From an uncultured Rikenella sp. (GTDB lineage: Bacteria; Bacteroidota; Bacteroidia; Bacteroidales; VadinHA17), in NCBI GenBank assembly GCA_964579645.1, contig CAZOHL010000005.1, positions 1 to 55,227 of the forward strand: a stretch of 55,227 nt of DNA. The letters run 5' to 3'. This document shows positions 18,830 through 28,649 of this stretch, one piece after another. A model generated the notes under the pieces. It was not told the origin of the DNA and did no database searches. It was given only the letters and a program-made list of their open reading frames with translations. The translations under genes and the position numbers were made by a program. Position 1 is the first letter of the stretch, and every line of letters starts with the position of its first letter.

Positions 18830-19387
18830 ATGAAAATAAATTCAATCAGGATTCAGGTCATGTCGCTGCTGGTACTTGCAGCACTTCTCATCCCCACGGC
18901 ATTGATGGCCCAGGGTTCAAAGACAAATTTCACAGGCAGCTGGACATACAATGCCGCAAAGAGCGTCAGCAGCCAACCGCAGGGCCAGCCCCAGGGCCAG
19001 GGACAGCGTCCCGGAGGACCTGACCGCGGCGGTTTCGGCGGCGGAGACTTTACCGCTACCCAGGAGGGCAATCTCCTTACTGTTGAAAGGACAATGACCG
19101 GTCCCGACGGTACGGCAAGAACAACAACATCCAAATATACCCTTGACGGCAAGGAAAGCATCAATACCGCCCGCATGGGCGAAAGCAAATCTGTCGCCAC
19201 ATGGTCATCCGACGGAAAAAAGCTTACGATCAAAACCACCCGGACCATGAGCAGGAACGGAGAATCGACTACAATGACCTCAACCGAGGTATGGAGCCTT
19301 ACCGACAGCAAAACCCTTCAGATAGAATCGACTACATCAACTCCGGGCGGTGAAAGGAAACAGACTTCGGTATACAACAAGAAATAG
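18830..19387 (+). CDS. Hypothetical secreted protein with a Gln/Pro/Gly-rich linker
   Basis: Signal peptide ...LIPTALMAQG, low-complexity QPQGQPQGQGQRPGGPDRGGFGGGD, then a Thr/Ser-rich beta-type domain. Confidence 0.45.
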   Translation: MKINSIRIQVMSLLVLAALLIPTALMAQGSKTNFTGSWTYNAAKSVSSQPQGQPQGQGQRPGGPDRGGFGGGDFTATQEGNLLTVERTMTGPDGTARTTTSKYTLDGKESINTARMGESKSVATWSSDGKKLTIKTTRTMSRNGESTTMTSTEVWSLTDSKTLQIESTTSTPGGERKQTSVYNKK

Positions 19388-19450
19388 TTCCTGACCGGTG
19401 TACCCGGATTCCGGAACCAGAGTAAAAAGTGAACATTACCACTTGACCAG

Positions 19451-19479
19451 CAGGGGGATTCTGACAATCCCCCTGTTTT
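19451..19479 (+). terminator. Rho-independent terminator
   Basis: cagggggatt-ctgac-aatccccctg followed by tttt. Confidence 0.75.
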
Positions 19480-19541
19480 GTCTGTGTGTCTGACCATGCA
19501 GTTTGATATTTATGCCCCGTGATGTATCCGGGAGTTACAAT

Positions 19542-19549
19542 TATATTTG
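19542..19549 (+). promoter_or_regulatory. Candidate -7 box TAtaTTTG
   Basis: tatatttg lies 44 nt upstream of the ATG at 19593. Confidence 0.4.
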
Positions 19550-19592
19550 CTTTCTGATCTGTATGAGAATCATTTCTTAAGACAACCCGGAA

Positions 19593-21647
19593 ATGAAAAA
19601 GAAATTTGAAGTTGAAGACCCCGACCTGAATCTGAGCCCCTTCACGGGGATGACAAGAAAACATTATATTGAACTGGCAACGTATCTTCTGGAAAGAGCT
19701 TTCACACACGTAAAGTCGATGGATGATCCTCTTTCATTTCCCCTGGTGCCCGGGAAGAGCTACCCCCAGGAGGGATCGCCCGCCTGGCGCTTCCGCTCCC
19801 TGGAGTTCGAGGCGCTGGAGAGAACATTCACACTTGCCGGTCCGCTCATTCACATCAACCCTGACATGGAAATAAATGGCATCAGGCTGCGCGACTACTA
19901 TAAGCTTCACCTGTACAATGCCCTGACGCCTGGTCACCCCAATTCACTGCCGCTGCCGGAGGAGTTGCCAGACGCCACCTACCAGTTCACCTGCGAGTTC
20001 GGGGGCCTTTTCAAGACCCTTCTGCTGATGCCTGACACCCTGTGGTCAGCATTCTCACAAAAAGAGAAGGATGAGATGGCGGTTACAATATCAAAATGGG
20101 GACATCACCGGACCACACAGAATAACTGGCGCATCTTCAACATCATAACCCTCTCTTTTCTTAAGAAATATGGCTACACGATCGATGATGACCTGCTTAA
20201 GAGCCATATCCTGTGGGTGGCATCATACCACTCCGGAAACGGCTGGTACCTCGAGCAGACATACAACTATTATTCGATAAGCCTTTTCATAGTTTATACA
20301 ACCATCTGGAACAGGGCCTTCGGCGATGAGTACTACCCCGAACTGGCTTCAGTCATAGAACGGTCGGCGCAGAAGCTGATGGAATCAATCACCTCGTTCT
20401 TCGGACGCGATGGTTATGTAAACATGTGGTCAAGGAGCATCTGCTACAGGACATGGGTCTCAGGCGCTTTCCCTGTGGCCCTTATGCTGAATGACACCGG
20501 CCTCATCGATCCCGGATTTGCGCGCCGTCTATGCTCCGGTTCACTGCTGCAGTTCACCGGACGTGAGGATTTTTATTACAATGACATACCCAGCCTGGGT
20601 TTCTACGGCCGCAGGGAATATATGGTCCAGAACTACAGTTGCCCTGCCAGCCCTTTTTTGATGTTTCTTCCCTTCATCTGCCTTGCACTGCCTGAAGACT
20701 CGCCATTCTGGACCGCCCGGGAGAATGAGGGTTTCTGGCCGGATCTGAAGGAGCAGCCCAAAGTGACCGTACTTGAGAACCCCGGCCTGGTGCTTGTCAA
20801 TCACGGTAAGACAGGGGCTTCGGAGATTTTGCCCGGAAAGGTCTTTTATGATGATCCCAACTACTCGAAACTGGTATATAACACCCACTTCCCGTGGGAG
20901 GATCATGACCGGCAGGGGGGCACTTCTATGGAGTACAGCTTCAGGAGCCTTGATCCGCGTGACGTAAGGGGTGAGGATGTCAACTTTTACCTCACTGGCG
21001 CCACACTTAGCAACACCGCCGAGCAAAGCAGATACTTCTCGACCTCTCAGAGCATGGTATTTAACGGTGTCCGCGAAGGCGTCATCTACCGCCAGGCCCT
21101 GATGAGGAGGCCTCCGAACAACGGTGTTGGCTACATTATTGACCTTGCAGACATAATTATCCCCGGAGGGGTGATTCGGGTTGACCGTTCAAGGATGGCT
21201 TTCGAACATGAGCTGACGCTGGGCCACTTCGGTCTGCCTCATACCGGCGGCAGACCGGCAGAAGTAAAAAGCTTCACCGAAGGCCGCAGGATGGTCATCA
21301 CGGGATCAATAAAAGGAAGACGCGTTGCCCTGATAACCTATTCAGGCTGGGACAGCATCAACAGCCTCACGCACACTAATTGCAATGCCGAGGCTGATGA
21401 CAGCACGGTGATTTACGCCAGAAGGAAGCGTATCGGGAAGAACCCTGCGATGGAGCTTATGATATCTGTCCTTCTGCACCGCACCGATGATGGTATGTGG
21501 AGGCCCGAAGAACTTGATCCGGTAAAAGAAATCAGGATAATGGATGTCACTCCGGCATTCTCGCCGCTCGGGGCCGAAATAACCCTGCGCGACGGGACGC
21601 TTTACAAAGTGTATTTTGAAGAGATAGACGGCAACCGCCGGTGGTGA
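19593..21647 (+). CDS. DUF2264-domain protein (uncharacterised, cytoplasmic)
   Basis: 684 aa. N-terminus LNLSPFTGMTRKHYIELATYLLERAF... matches my memory of DUF2264 proteins. No signal peptide. Confidence 0.6.
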   Translation: MKKKFEVEDPDLNLSPFTGMTRKHYIELATYLLERAFTHVKSMDDPLSFPLVPGKSYPQEGSPAWRFRSLEFEALERTFTLAGPLIHINPDMEINGIRLRDYYKLHLYNALTPGHPNSLPLPEELPDATYQFTCEFGGLFKTLLLMPDTLWSAFSQKEKDEMAVTISKWGHHRTTQNNWRIFNIITLSFLKKYGYTIDDDLLKSHILWVASYHSGNGWYLEQTYNYYSISLFIVYTTIWNRAFGDEYYPELASVIERSAQKLMESITSFFGRDGYVNMWSRSICYRTWVSGAFPVALMLNDTGLIDPGFARRLCSGSLLQFTGREDFYYNDIPSLGFYGRREYMVQNYSCPASPFLMFLPFICLALPEDSPFWTARENEGFWPDLKEQPKVTVLENPGLVLVNHGKTGASEILPGKVFYDDPNYSKLVYNTHFPWEDHDRQGGTSMEYSFRSLDPRDVRGEDVNFYLTGATLSNTAEQSRYFSTSQSMVFNGVREGVIYRQALMRRPPNNGVGYIIDLADIIIPGGVIRVDRSRMAFEHELTLGHFGLPHTGGRPAEVKSFTEGRRMVITGSIKGRRVALITYSGWDSINSLTHTNCNAEADDSTVIYARRKRIGKNPAMELMISVLLHRTDDGMWRPEELDPVKEIRIMDVTPAFSPLGAEITLRDGTLYKVYFEEIDGNRRW

Positions 21648-21649
21648 TA

Positions 21650-21734
21650 CTGCCCGCCGCAAGTCGGACACCTGACGATGAAGTTCGCAATCTGCCCGCC
21701 GCAAGTCAGACACCCGGCGATGCAGGTCAGACAC
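21650..21734. repeat. Intergenic tandem repeat: 42-nt unit x2, with an internal ~21-nt sub-period
   Basis: ctgcccgccgcaagtcGgacac... (21650) recurs as ctgcccgccgcaagtcAgacac... (21692). gcaRgtcRgacac occurs three times. Confidence 0.8.
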
Positions 21735-21762
21735 TTCCCAACTATGCCAATGACAGCATCCG

Positions 21763-22716
21763 CTAGCCGAACAGGCTCAGGCTCAGCAGTATGAGCGGCA
21801 GTGTCAATACGCTGAAAATGGTTGACACAAAGACATTTGACGTTGCAGTGCCATCATCTTCGCCGAGTATGTTCACCATTATAACCACATTGACCATACA
21901 GGGCATGGCTGCCTGCATCAGCATCACCGAGACCACCTCCTTGCGCAGAATACCCGGAAACAACAGGTTGAAAAGAATAAACAGTCCCAGGAGTATGAAA
22001 GGCACCAGCAGAAGCCTGTTGAACGACAGAAGGTAGGCATTCCTGTTACGGTGCATCTTCCTGCCATCAGCGAAGTACATCACTGAGGCGATGAAAATCA
22101 TAGAGAGGTAAGTATTGCTCTTCCCAAGTGTGCCCACAGTTTCAAGGACAAACTGCGGCAGTTTCACTGAAAACAGGAACAGGAGGAACCCGGAAATAAT
22201 TGCTATCGTATTGATATTAAAAATCCTCCGTAATCCCGATTTCAGGCTGAATGATCCCGCCGGGGTAATGATAGCAACTCCGAGCGTCCACATGAGTATG
22301 TTTGAAACCAGCACGAAAATGCTTCCGTAAAGCAGTCCCTCCTGCCCGAACTGGGCCGAGATCACTGGCAACCCCAGGTAAATGATGTTTCCAAGCATAC
22401 TGTGGAGCCTGAAAATTGATGCATGCCCTCCCTTTATGCCGGAGATAAGTGTTGTCAGCCATCCGGCGAAAAGCATGAACAGCATTATCAGAACTGCGAG
22501 GAGCAATGCCTGAAGGCTGTTGGCCAGGAGCCGCGGAGTGACCTCTATTGCGCTGAAGCTTGTAAAAAGCATGGCTGGCAGCGTCACATAGAATATAAGT
22601 TTCGCAAGGAAATCCTTTGTAATGGCAGTGATCACCCCGGCACGGCAGGCAATGAGCCCGATAACCACTATGGTTGCAAGCATTGCTATCTGACGGAGTA
22701 TGATGGCGGAGGTCAT
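21763..22716 (-). CDS. AEC (auxin efflux carrier)-family transporter
   Basis: 317 aa, about 10 TM segments. N-terminus ...IVVIGLIACRAGVITAITKDFLAKLIFYVTLPAMLF is typical of the AEC family. Confidence 0.75.
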   Translation of the reverse strand: MTSAIILRQIAMLATIVVIGLIACRAGVITAITKDFLAKLIFYVTLPAMLFTSFSAIEVTPRLLANSLQALLLAVLIMLFMLFAGWLTTLISGIKGGHASIFRLHSMLGNIIYLGLPVISAQFGQEGLLYGSIFVLVSNILMWTLGVAIITPAGSFSLKSGLRRIFNINTIAIISGFLLFLFSVKLPQFVLETVGTLGKSNTYLSMIFIASVMYFADGRKMHRNRNAYLLSFNRLLLVPFILLGLFILFNLLFPGILRKEVVSVMLMQAAMPCMVNVVIMVNILGEDDGTATSNVFVSTIFSVLTLPLILLSLSLFG

Positions 22717-22906
22717 TAAGGTACTTTATCAGTTTGGTTTCAGAGCCGGCTTTTTTCAAAACCACCGCAAAGATAACTCCGGAAAGAAAACGGAAGAGCC
22801 CACCTCATACTTTCTCCATGAAATAGTTTTACTAATTTTGAGCTTCAGGATTGCATAAATAAAAAACCAGGCTGAGCAAGCCAGAGACCAAAATCACAGG
22901 TGCCTC

Positions 22907-23584
22907 ATGAAGATACTCATAGTTGAAGACGAACCCAGGGTCGCCTCTTTCATAAAGGAAGGTCTCGAGGAGAAGGAGTATGAAACGGTTGTGGCCTACG
23001 ACGGGATAACGGGAGAGGAAGCTGCGCTGAGAGAAGAAATCGGTCTTGTCATACTTGACCTTATAATTCCGGGCAAGAGCGGCATGGATGTCTGCCGGAC
23101 GGTCAAGGCAGCCAGACCTGACCTTCCCGTACTTATGCTCACAGCCCTCAGCACCACAGTCGACAAAGTCAGAGGTTTTGACGCAGGAGCCGATGATTAC
23201 CTTGTCAAACCATTCGATTTCCCGGAACTCCTGGCACGGATCAAGTCGCTGCTCAAGAGAAGCAGGGCTGCAACCCACCAGCCGGAGTCGCTCCGCGTGG
23301 CTGACCTCGAGCTCGACCTCATGAGGAAGGTGGCTATCCGCGGAGGAAATGTAATCGAGCTTACTGCCAAGGAATTTGCACTGCTTGAATATTTTATGCG
23401 CAACAGCGGAAGGGTGCTGTCTCGCTCCGACATCTCGGAAAAGGTATGGGACATAACCTATGACACGGGAACCAATATCGTTGAGGTCTATGTGAACATC
23501 CTCAGGAAGAAAATAGACAGGGACTTCGAGCCGAAGCTCATCCACACCAGGATAGGTCTGGGATACATTTTCACCGACGCATAG
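22907..23584 (+). CDS. OmpR/PhoB-type response regulator
   Basis: MKILIVEDE...VILDLIIPGKSG (receiver Asp)...LTA... plus a winged-helix C-terminus LTAKEFALLEYFMRN...IHTRIGLGYIF. Confidence 0.9.
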   Translation: MKILIVEDEPRVASFIKEGLEEKEYETVVAYDGITGEEAALREEIGLVILDLIIPGKSGMDVCRTVKAARPDLPVLMLTALSTTVDKVRGFDAGADDYLVKPFDFPELLARIKSLLKRSRAATHQPESLRVADLELDLMRKVAIRGGNVIELTAKEFALLEYFMRNSGRVLSRSDISEKVWDITYDTGTNIVEVYVNILRKKIDRDFEPKLIHTRIGLGYIFTDA

Positions 23585-24967
23585 ATGAAGATACGGCAGA
23601 AACTTACCCTTCAGTTTTTCCTGTTGACCAGCGTCATACTGCTGCTCTTCTCGCTGACAGTATATCTAGCCTCAGCCAAATACCGCCGTGACGATTTCTA
23701 CCAGCGGCTCGAGAGCAGGGCCTACAGTACGGCAAGGCTGCTGATTGAGGTTGACGAAATTGATACTGACCTGCTGAATAAGATAGAAGAGGATAACCCG
23801 GTATCACTGCCTGATGAGAAGATTATTATCTTCAATTACAAGAATGAAATTGTCTACTCAACTGATACAAGGAACGTCATTCTGTACGATGACGACCTGC
23901 TGACGCGGATCAGGACATCAGGTCAGATAAAGACGCAGAGCGGCAGGTACGAGCTGATGGGAATCCTTTTCCCGGAGGAGTTCAACCGGTTTGTGGTGCT
24001 GAGTGCGGCCCGTGACATATACGGATTTGACAAGATGAAGAACCTCAGGACGATCCTGATCCTGCTGACAGGCATTTTCCTTCTGCTGTTTTACCCTGCA
24101 GGATGGCTTTTCGCAGCAAGGTCACTCTCTCCGATTTCCAAAGTTGTTGACCGGGTCGAGGAGATATCAATCGCCAGTCTTGACGTGAGGGTTGACGAGG
24201 GTAACGGAAAAGATGAGCTGGCACACCTCGCACACACATTCAACCGTATGCTCGAAAGGCTGCAGACGGCTTTCGAGATGCAGAAGGATTTTATTTCAAA
24301 TGCCTCCCATGAACTGAGGACGCCGCTGACAGCCATCAGGGGACAGCTTGAAGTGCTGCTGATGAAGGACCGTACTGATAAGGAGTACAGGGAGTCTACT
24401 GCTGCCGTCCTCGATGATATCAGCAAGCTGAACAGGCTGCTTGACCGGCTTCTGCTTATGGCCCACGCCAGCTCCGAAGGCGCCAGGGAAGGTTTCAGCG
24501 AGGTAAGAATTGATGAGATACTGTGGCAGGCACGCGAGGAACTGCTGAAACACGAAAAGGAATATACGGTAACAGTTGCCCTTGACGAGAACATCTCAGA
24601 CATTGAAAACCTTACTATGAGAGGCGACGAGCAACTGCTGCTCTCGGCTGTCACCAACATCATGGAAAACGGCTGCAAGTATTCCCCCGACAGGTCAGTA
24701 AGGATCCTCCTTTCGCATGACACTCATAACATACTTGTAAGCTTCACCGACAACGGTCCCGGCATTGCTGAGGATGAGATTGAGCGGATTTTCGAGTCTT
24801 TCTACCGCAGCAAATCAACTGCATCGGTAAGGGGCCACGGGATAGGACTCTCCCTGGCCAGTAAAATAATAGATATCCACAACGGAAAGATAACCGTCAC
24901 ATCACGCCAGGGTGAGGGAACCACAATCAGACTCATTTTTCCTGCCGAACGTTTTATAACGGTTTAG
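23585..24967 (+). CDS. Sensor histidine kinase (2 TM segments, HAMP, HisKA, HATPase_c)
   Basis: H-box FISNASHELRTPLTAI, N-box NIMENGCKYS, G-boxes DNGPGI and GHGIGLSLA. Starts immediately after the regulator stop codon. Confidence 0.9.
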   Translation: MKIRQKLTLQFFLLTSVILLLFSLTVYLASAKYRRDDFYQRLESRAYSTARLLIEVDEIDTDLLNKIEEDNPVSLPDEKIIIFNYKNEIVYSTDTRNVILYDDDLLTRIRTSGQIKTQSGRYELMGILFPEEFNRFVVLSAARDIYGFDKMKNLRTILILLTGIFLLLFYPAGWLFAARSLSPISKVVDRVEEISIASLDVRVDEGNGKDELAHLAHTFNRMLERLQTAFEMQKDFISNASHELRTPLTAIRGQLEVLLMKDRTDKEYRESTAAVLDDISKLNRLLDRLLLMAHASSEGAREGFSEVRIDEILWQAREELLKHEKEYTVTVALDENISDIENLTMRGDEQLLLSAVTNIMENGCKYSPDRSVRILLSHDTHNILVSFTDNGPGIAEDEIERIFESFYRSKSTASVRGHGIGLSLASKIIDIHNGKITVTSRQGEGTTIRLIFPAERFITV

Positions 24968-25050
24968 CCAGGAATTTATCCGGAACTTTATTAACTTTGG
25001 TATCGGATGCCATGCATCAGACGGTCTGCATTCCGCTAAATATCTGCAAT

Positions 25051-25962
25051 ATGAAGAGATGCCTGCTCATCATCCTGATCTTTGCCGGGCTCAGCGCCGG
25101 GCTGGCAGGACAGGACAGGATCATTACCCTCCGTAATGACACAATTGTCTGCAAGATTACAAAAATCACACGCAATGAAATTCAATTTGATATTGTCAAT
25201 CAGGGGGTTAATGTATCGGCGAGATTGCCGGTTTCAGAGATTTATAGCTACGCCTTTGCCACACTTCAAATTTGGGAAGAGGGAAAAACTTACCCGTCTG
25301 TCAGAACTGTTCCTGCAGGTAGCCTGCGCATTGGCCTTAACGGAGGATTGGGCTATATCGTAAGCAACACGGATGTTGCAGAGGAGGCAATGACAGGTTT
25401 CGGTATACCACTGGAGAAGGTCCGCGAATACTACGATAATCTTAAATCAGGATGGTATGGAAGCGCTGATGCCGAATGGATCTTCAATAAGAGATTCGGG
25501 GCAGGCCTGAAATACAAATTCTTCAATACCGGTGCCCTTACAGAGGGATATTTCAATCCGGGCGACCCGTTTTACCTTTACTATACCACCTACCGGGAAA
25601 ACATTTACGTTAACTATGGGGGACTGTTATTGTTTTACCGTGAACCCCTCGGCAGGAATGATCTGTTTAGTCTTTATTCAGCCTGTTCAATTGGCCTTAC
25701 CCTCTACCGCAATGAGTCAGAGGCTTTCTCACAGGCTGTGCTGATCACCGGAGAAGCTCTGGGCATGGACGGAACCATTGGTTTGGAATATAAGATAACC
25801 CCTTCTGTCTCAGCCGGGTTGGAAGTCTCCGCTTTTAATTCAAAACTCAGGAAGATTGATTTTACCGATGGTGAGACGGAACAGACACAGGAACTCGAAA
25901 AGGATAGCTATGAGAACCTCTCAAGGATTGAGTTTTCACTTGGATTAAGATTTTATTTGTGA
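25051..25962 (+). CDS. Hypothetical outer-membrane beta-barrel protein
   Basis: Signal peptide MKRCLLIILIFAGLSAGLAGQ (ATG at 25051), alternating amphipathic strands, and an OMP-type C-terminus FSLGLRFYL. Confidence 0.5.
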   Translation: MKRCLLIILIFAGLSAGLAGQDRIITLRNDTIVCKITKITRNEIQFDIVNQGVNVSARLPVSEIYSYAFATLQIWEEGKTYPSVRTVPAGSLRIGLNGGLGYIVSNTDVAEEAMTGFGIPLEKVREYYDNLKSGWYGSADAEWIFNKRFGAGLKYKFFNTGALTEGYFNPGDPFYLYYTTYRENIYVNYGGLLLFYREPLGRNDLFSLYSACSIGLTLYRNESEAFSQAVLITGEALGMDGTIGLEYKITPSVSAGLEVSAFNSKLRKIDFTDGETEQTQELEKDSYENLSRIEFSLGLRFYL

Positions 25963-25967
25963 AACAG

Positions 25968-27638
25968 ATGAAAAGGATAACTAAAATTCCGGGAATTATC
26001 CTGCTGATTCTTGCAGGCGTTTCCTGCAGTGACGACTTCCTTGAGAAGAACAATGCCGAATTATATGCCCTCCCTGACACACTGATAATGGACAGGCAGA
26101 ATTATGAAGCCATTGTCATGTTTGAGCTACCGGAAAAGATCAACGGAGACTTTACTGTCTTCATGCGCCCAAACTGGATAAATGTGGATGACCCTACCGG
26201 CGCTGTAAGGGCAGGGAGGATTGAGTTTTCACTTAGCCTTGACGGCAGCAGACTCCCCGAAGGCTATTACAGCCACACCGGTTTGGTGGTGCTGAAAATA
26301 GAGAATTTTGGCTTCGTAAGTTTTACAGTCCTCTTTACCGAATACGGGTCTCCGACTATTCAATGCACTCCGCCGGAGCTTGTGTTTGACGGTACCCTCA
26401 CTCAGAATTTTGCTCTGAAGACCCCTAGTACGGGTCTGCTTGACTGGACGATTACGAATATACCTGACTGGGTTGCCTTTTCAGTTGAATCAGGCATCCT
26501 GTATCAGGGCCAGGAGGAATTGATTACAGTTACTCTTGATCCCGGGAAGATTACTCCGGGAACAGAAATGAATGCAACAGTTACAATTAGCAGTCCCCAT
26601 GTGCAATACCCTTATCTGCTCAAGATAACTGTCACATCTGAACCTGTTCCTCCACCGCCGGGATTCAGCCTTGGCACTATCCTCGCTGATGCTGAATATC
26701 ATTACGAATCGGGTATTCTGGCTGTATGTACCCGGGCTCCTGACCAGCTTATCCTAATTAACACCTATACAGGCGTTCAGAATACAATACCGCTTAACAA
26801 AACACCCATGTGTATAAGTCTTGCGGAAGACGGACATAAGGCAATTCTGGGGTATACCGTTGCCTCGGTTAGTTACGTCGATTTAGATGAGATGAAGATT
26901 ATTGACGATTATGAAATTGACTGTATCCCATATGACATCGTTATGGGAGACAACGGACTCTGCTATTTTACGCCATTTAAGGACCAATGGGTGACCATGC
27001 GATGCTTCGACCTGAACTCCGGACAGCTGACATCCGGATCAAACCCTCCGACTGTTTATGAGAAAACTCAGATAAAGAAAGTGCCGGGAAAATCCGTGAT
27101 TGTTGGTTCAAGCCTCCCTCTAAGCCCCTCTGGATTAAGGTTGTATGATCTTACTCCAGGTCCTCCCAGGGAGGAAGTGACCCATTACCATGAATCAATT
27201 GGTCATTTCTGGATATCAAAGGATGGTGAGAGGGTCTATTCTGCTTACGGAAACATTTACAATATACCAGAATATGACGGTCAGGATCATAGTACATCAC
27301 CTCCGTTTTACGGCACTTTGAATATTGAGCCTGCTTACATCACTGCCCTGGACGATTGCCCTTCATTAAACAGTGTATTTTTCAGCACAGCACCATCATG
27401 GCATGAGGAGGGGAGATTTTCGCTAATTACACAATACAATTCAACGAGCCTTAATCAGACTAAAAAATACAATCTATCTGATGTGCGGATTAACATCAAC
27501 GGTAATCTCATTACCTGTGAAACAACCCCCAGGTATATTTTCGTCAACAAGCAGGGTACATCCATGCATGTCCTTAAAGTACTCAGCCCTCAATACAATA
27601 CAAATGGCTGGCTGCTGGAGACAATTTCCCTGCAATAA
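25968..27638 (+). CDS. Hypothetical large lipoprotein (BACON-like Ig modules plus a probable beta-propeller)
   Basis: Lipobox LAGVSCSDDFLEKNN (ATG at 25968; the ORF track uses GTG 25959). LDWTITNIPDWVAFSVESG...ITVTLDP resembles BACON domains. Domain calls are tentative. Confidence 0.45.
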   Translation: MKRITKIPGIILLILAGVSCSDDFLEKNNAELYALPDTLIMDRQNYEAIVMFELPEKINGDFTVFMRPNWINVDDPTGAVRAGRIEFSLSLDGSRLPEGYYSHTGLVVLKIENFGFVSFTVLFTEYGSPTIQCTPPELVFDGTLTQNFALKTPSTGLLDWTITNIPDWVAFSVESGILYQGQEELITVTLDPGKITPGTEMNATVTISSPHVQYPYLLKITVTSEPVPPPPGFSLGTILADAEYHYESGILAVCTRAPDQLILINTYTGVQNTIPLNKTPMCISLAEDGHKAILGYTVASVSYVDLDEMKIIDDYEIDCIPYDIVMGDNGLCYFTPFKDQWVTMRCFDLNSGQLTSGSNPPTVYEKTQIKKVPGKSVIVGSSLPLSPSGLRLYDLTPGPPREEVTHYHESIGHFWISKDGERVYSAYGNIYNIPEYDGQDHSTSPPFYGTLNIEPAYITALDDCPSLNSVFFSTAPSWHEEGRFSLITQYNSTSLNQTKKYNLSDVRININGNLITCETTPRYIFVNKQGTSMHVLKVLSPQYNTNGWLLETISLQ

Positions 27639-27676
27639 GTTTCCCGGATTTTTTGCTGTGCAGCTGCCTGTGACCC

Positions 27677-28303
27677 CTAGGCTGCCGGATTGCTTTTGCG
27701 CGCGTGAAAATAAGTGAAGCCGTTGATATCGGTCATGCTTACAAGCTCAAGCCCTGACTCCTTCAGAAGGTTCGTAACAGCCCTCCTGGTCAGGTACCTG
27801 TTGGTCCTGAAGTCAATGATGCTGTACATCCTGTTTATAAATGGAATCCTCGACTCTATTCCGTTCTCATAGGCTTCGGTCTTGTCAGATACCTGCCCTG
27901 AAGAATTGTTGTTTTTTTCAGAACCGGTGCCCTGTGCCCTGTTGTCAATAAAACACCCTATAAAATTGCTTTTGGCAGGAAGAAGACCGGTTATCTGCTT
28001 CAGGAAGTCACGCACCTCCCTTATATAGTTAAGCTGCCTGAGGGTGATGACGGTCCTGATTCCCTTCATGTCTTCAGCATCATAGAAATAGTGACGTGAT
28101 GAAGGAATGACAAGCATACCTGATTCCTTCACAAGGCCCAAGCGGTCAAGGTAGTCTATCAGGGCCTGACGAACTTCAATATCAAGCTCGTTGAAGAGGT
28201 GCGTCAGCCCGCTGTCCCTTAGTGACAGCTTGCGCGGACTCAACCTTACTACGGCCTGATCCCTGATAGTTTCCTTGTTCAACCCGATGGTTCCTTTATC
28301 CAT
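27677..28303 (-). CDS. Hypothetical protein, methyltransferase-fold-like but lacking a Gly-rich SAM motif I
   Basis: LRQLNYIREVRDFLKQITGLL...FIGCF and C-terminal LLKESGLELVSMTDINGFTYFHARK resemble class I methyltransferase post-I regions. No GxGxG motif. Confidence 0.35.
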   Translation of the reverse strand: MDKGTIGLNKETIRDQAVVRLSPRKLSLRDSGLTHLFNELDIEVRQALIDYLDRLGLVKESGMLVIPSSRHYFYDAEDMKGIRTVITLRQLNYIREVRDFLKQITGLLPAKSNFIGCFIDNRAQGTGSEKNNNSSGQVSDKTEAYENGIESRIPFINRMYSIIDFRTNRYLTRRAVTNLLKESGLELVSMTDINGFTYFHARKSNPAA

Positions 28304-28649
28304 GTCTACGTCAGATGCCCTCTTTCAAACAATTTCTATGCCATTAAGTTTTGACAGTACCCTGTGAGCAGGATTTTCACACCGAAGATATTCACTATAC
28401 CCTATTCGAACCAAACTATTTTGATGTTCGAACCCAACCCTTTGACCAACGGAACCAAACAGGGGACTATCATCAATGAGCGGATACGGAAAGGTCATGC
28501 TGTCATTGTATTAAATATGGTGTAATTAATTCTTTATCAGATAGTTTAGTATGTTTTCGGGCTCCAATGAGGCCGTTCCGGGCATTGCTCCAGGCCTTGC
28601 GGACCGTGCTGCCGATAATTGCCCTGATCCCGTTCGGCTCATTTATTGT

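Noticed and set aside
21650-21734. Possible CRISPR-like repeat
   Set aside because: There are only two to four degenerate, directly abutting units with no unique spacers, and no cas genes anywhere in the window.
22832-23545. 237-aa minus-strand ORF
   Set aside because: It lies entirely antisense to the well-supported OmpR-type response regulator (22907..23584). It has no recognisable motifs. Long antisense ORFs are expected in GC-richer coding DNA.
24091-24723. 210-aa Ser-rich minus-strand ORF
   Set aside because: It is antisense to the histidine kinase, whose H, N and G boxes are all present on the plus strand.
28400-28460. GGTTCGAA T-loop-like motifs on the minus strand (two copies) that suggest a tRNA or tRNA-like element
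   Set aside because: The flanking bases do not form a T stem, and I could not build acceptor or anticodon stems around either copy.
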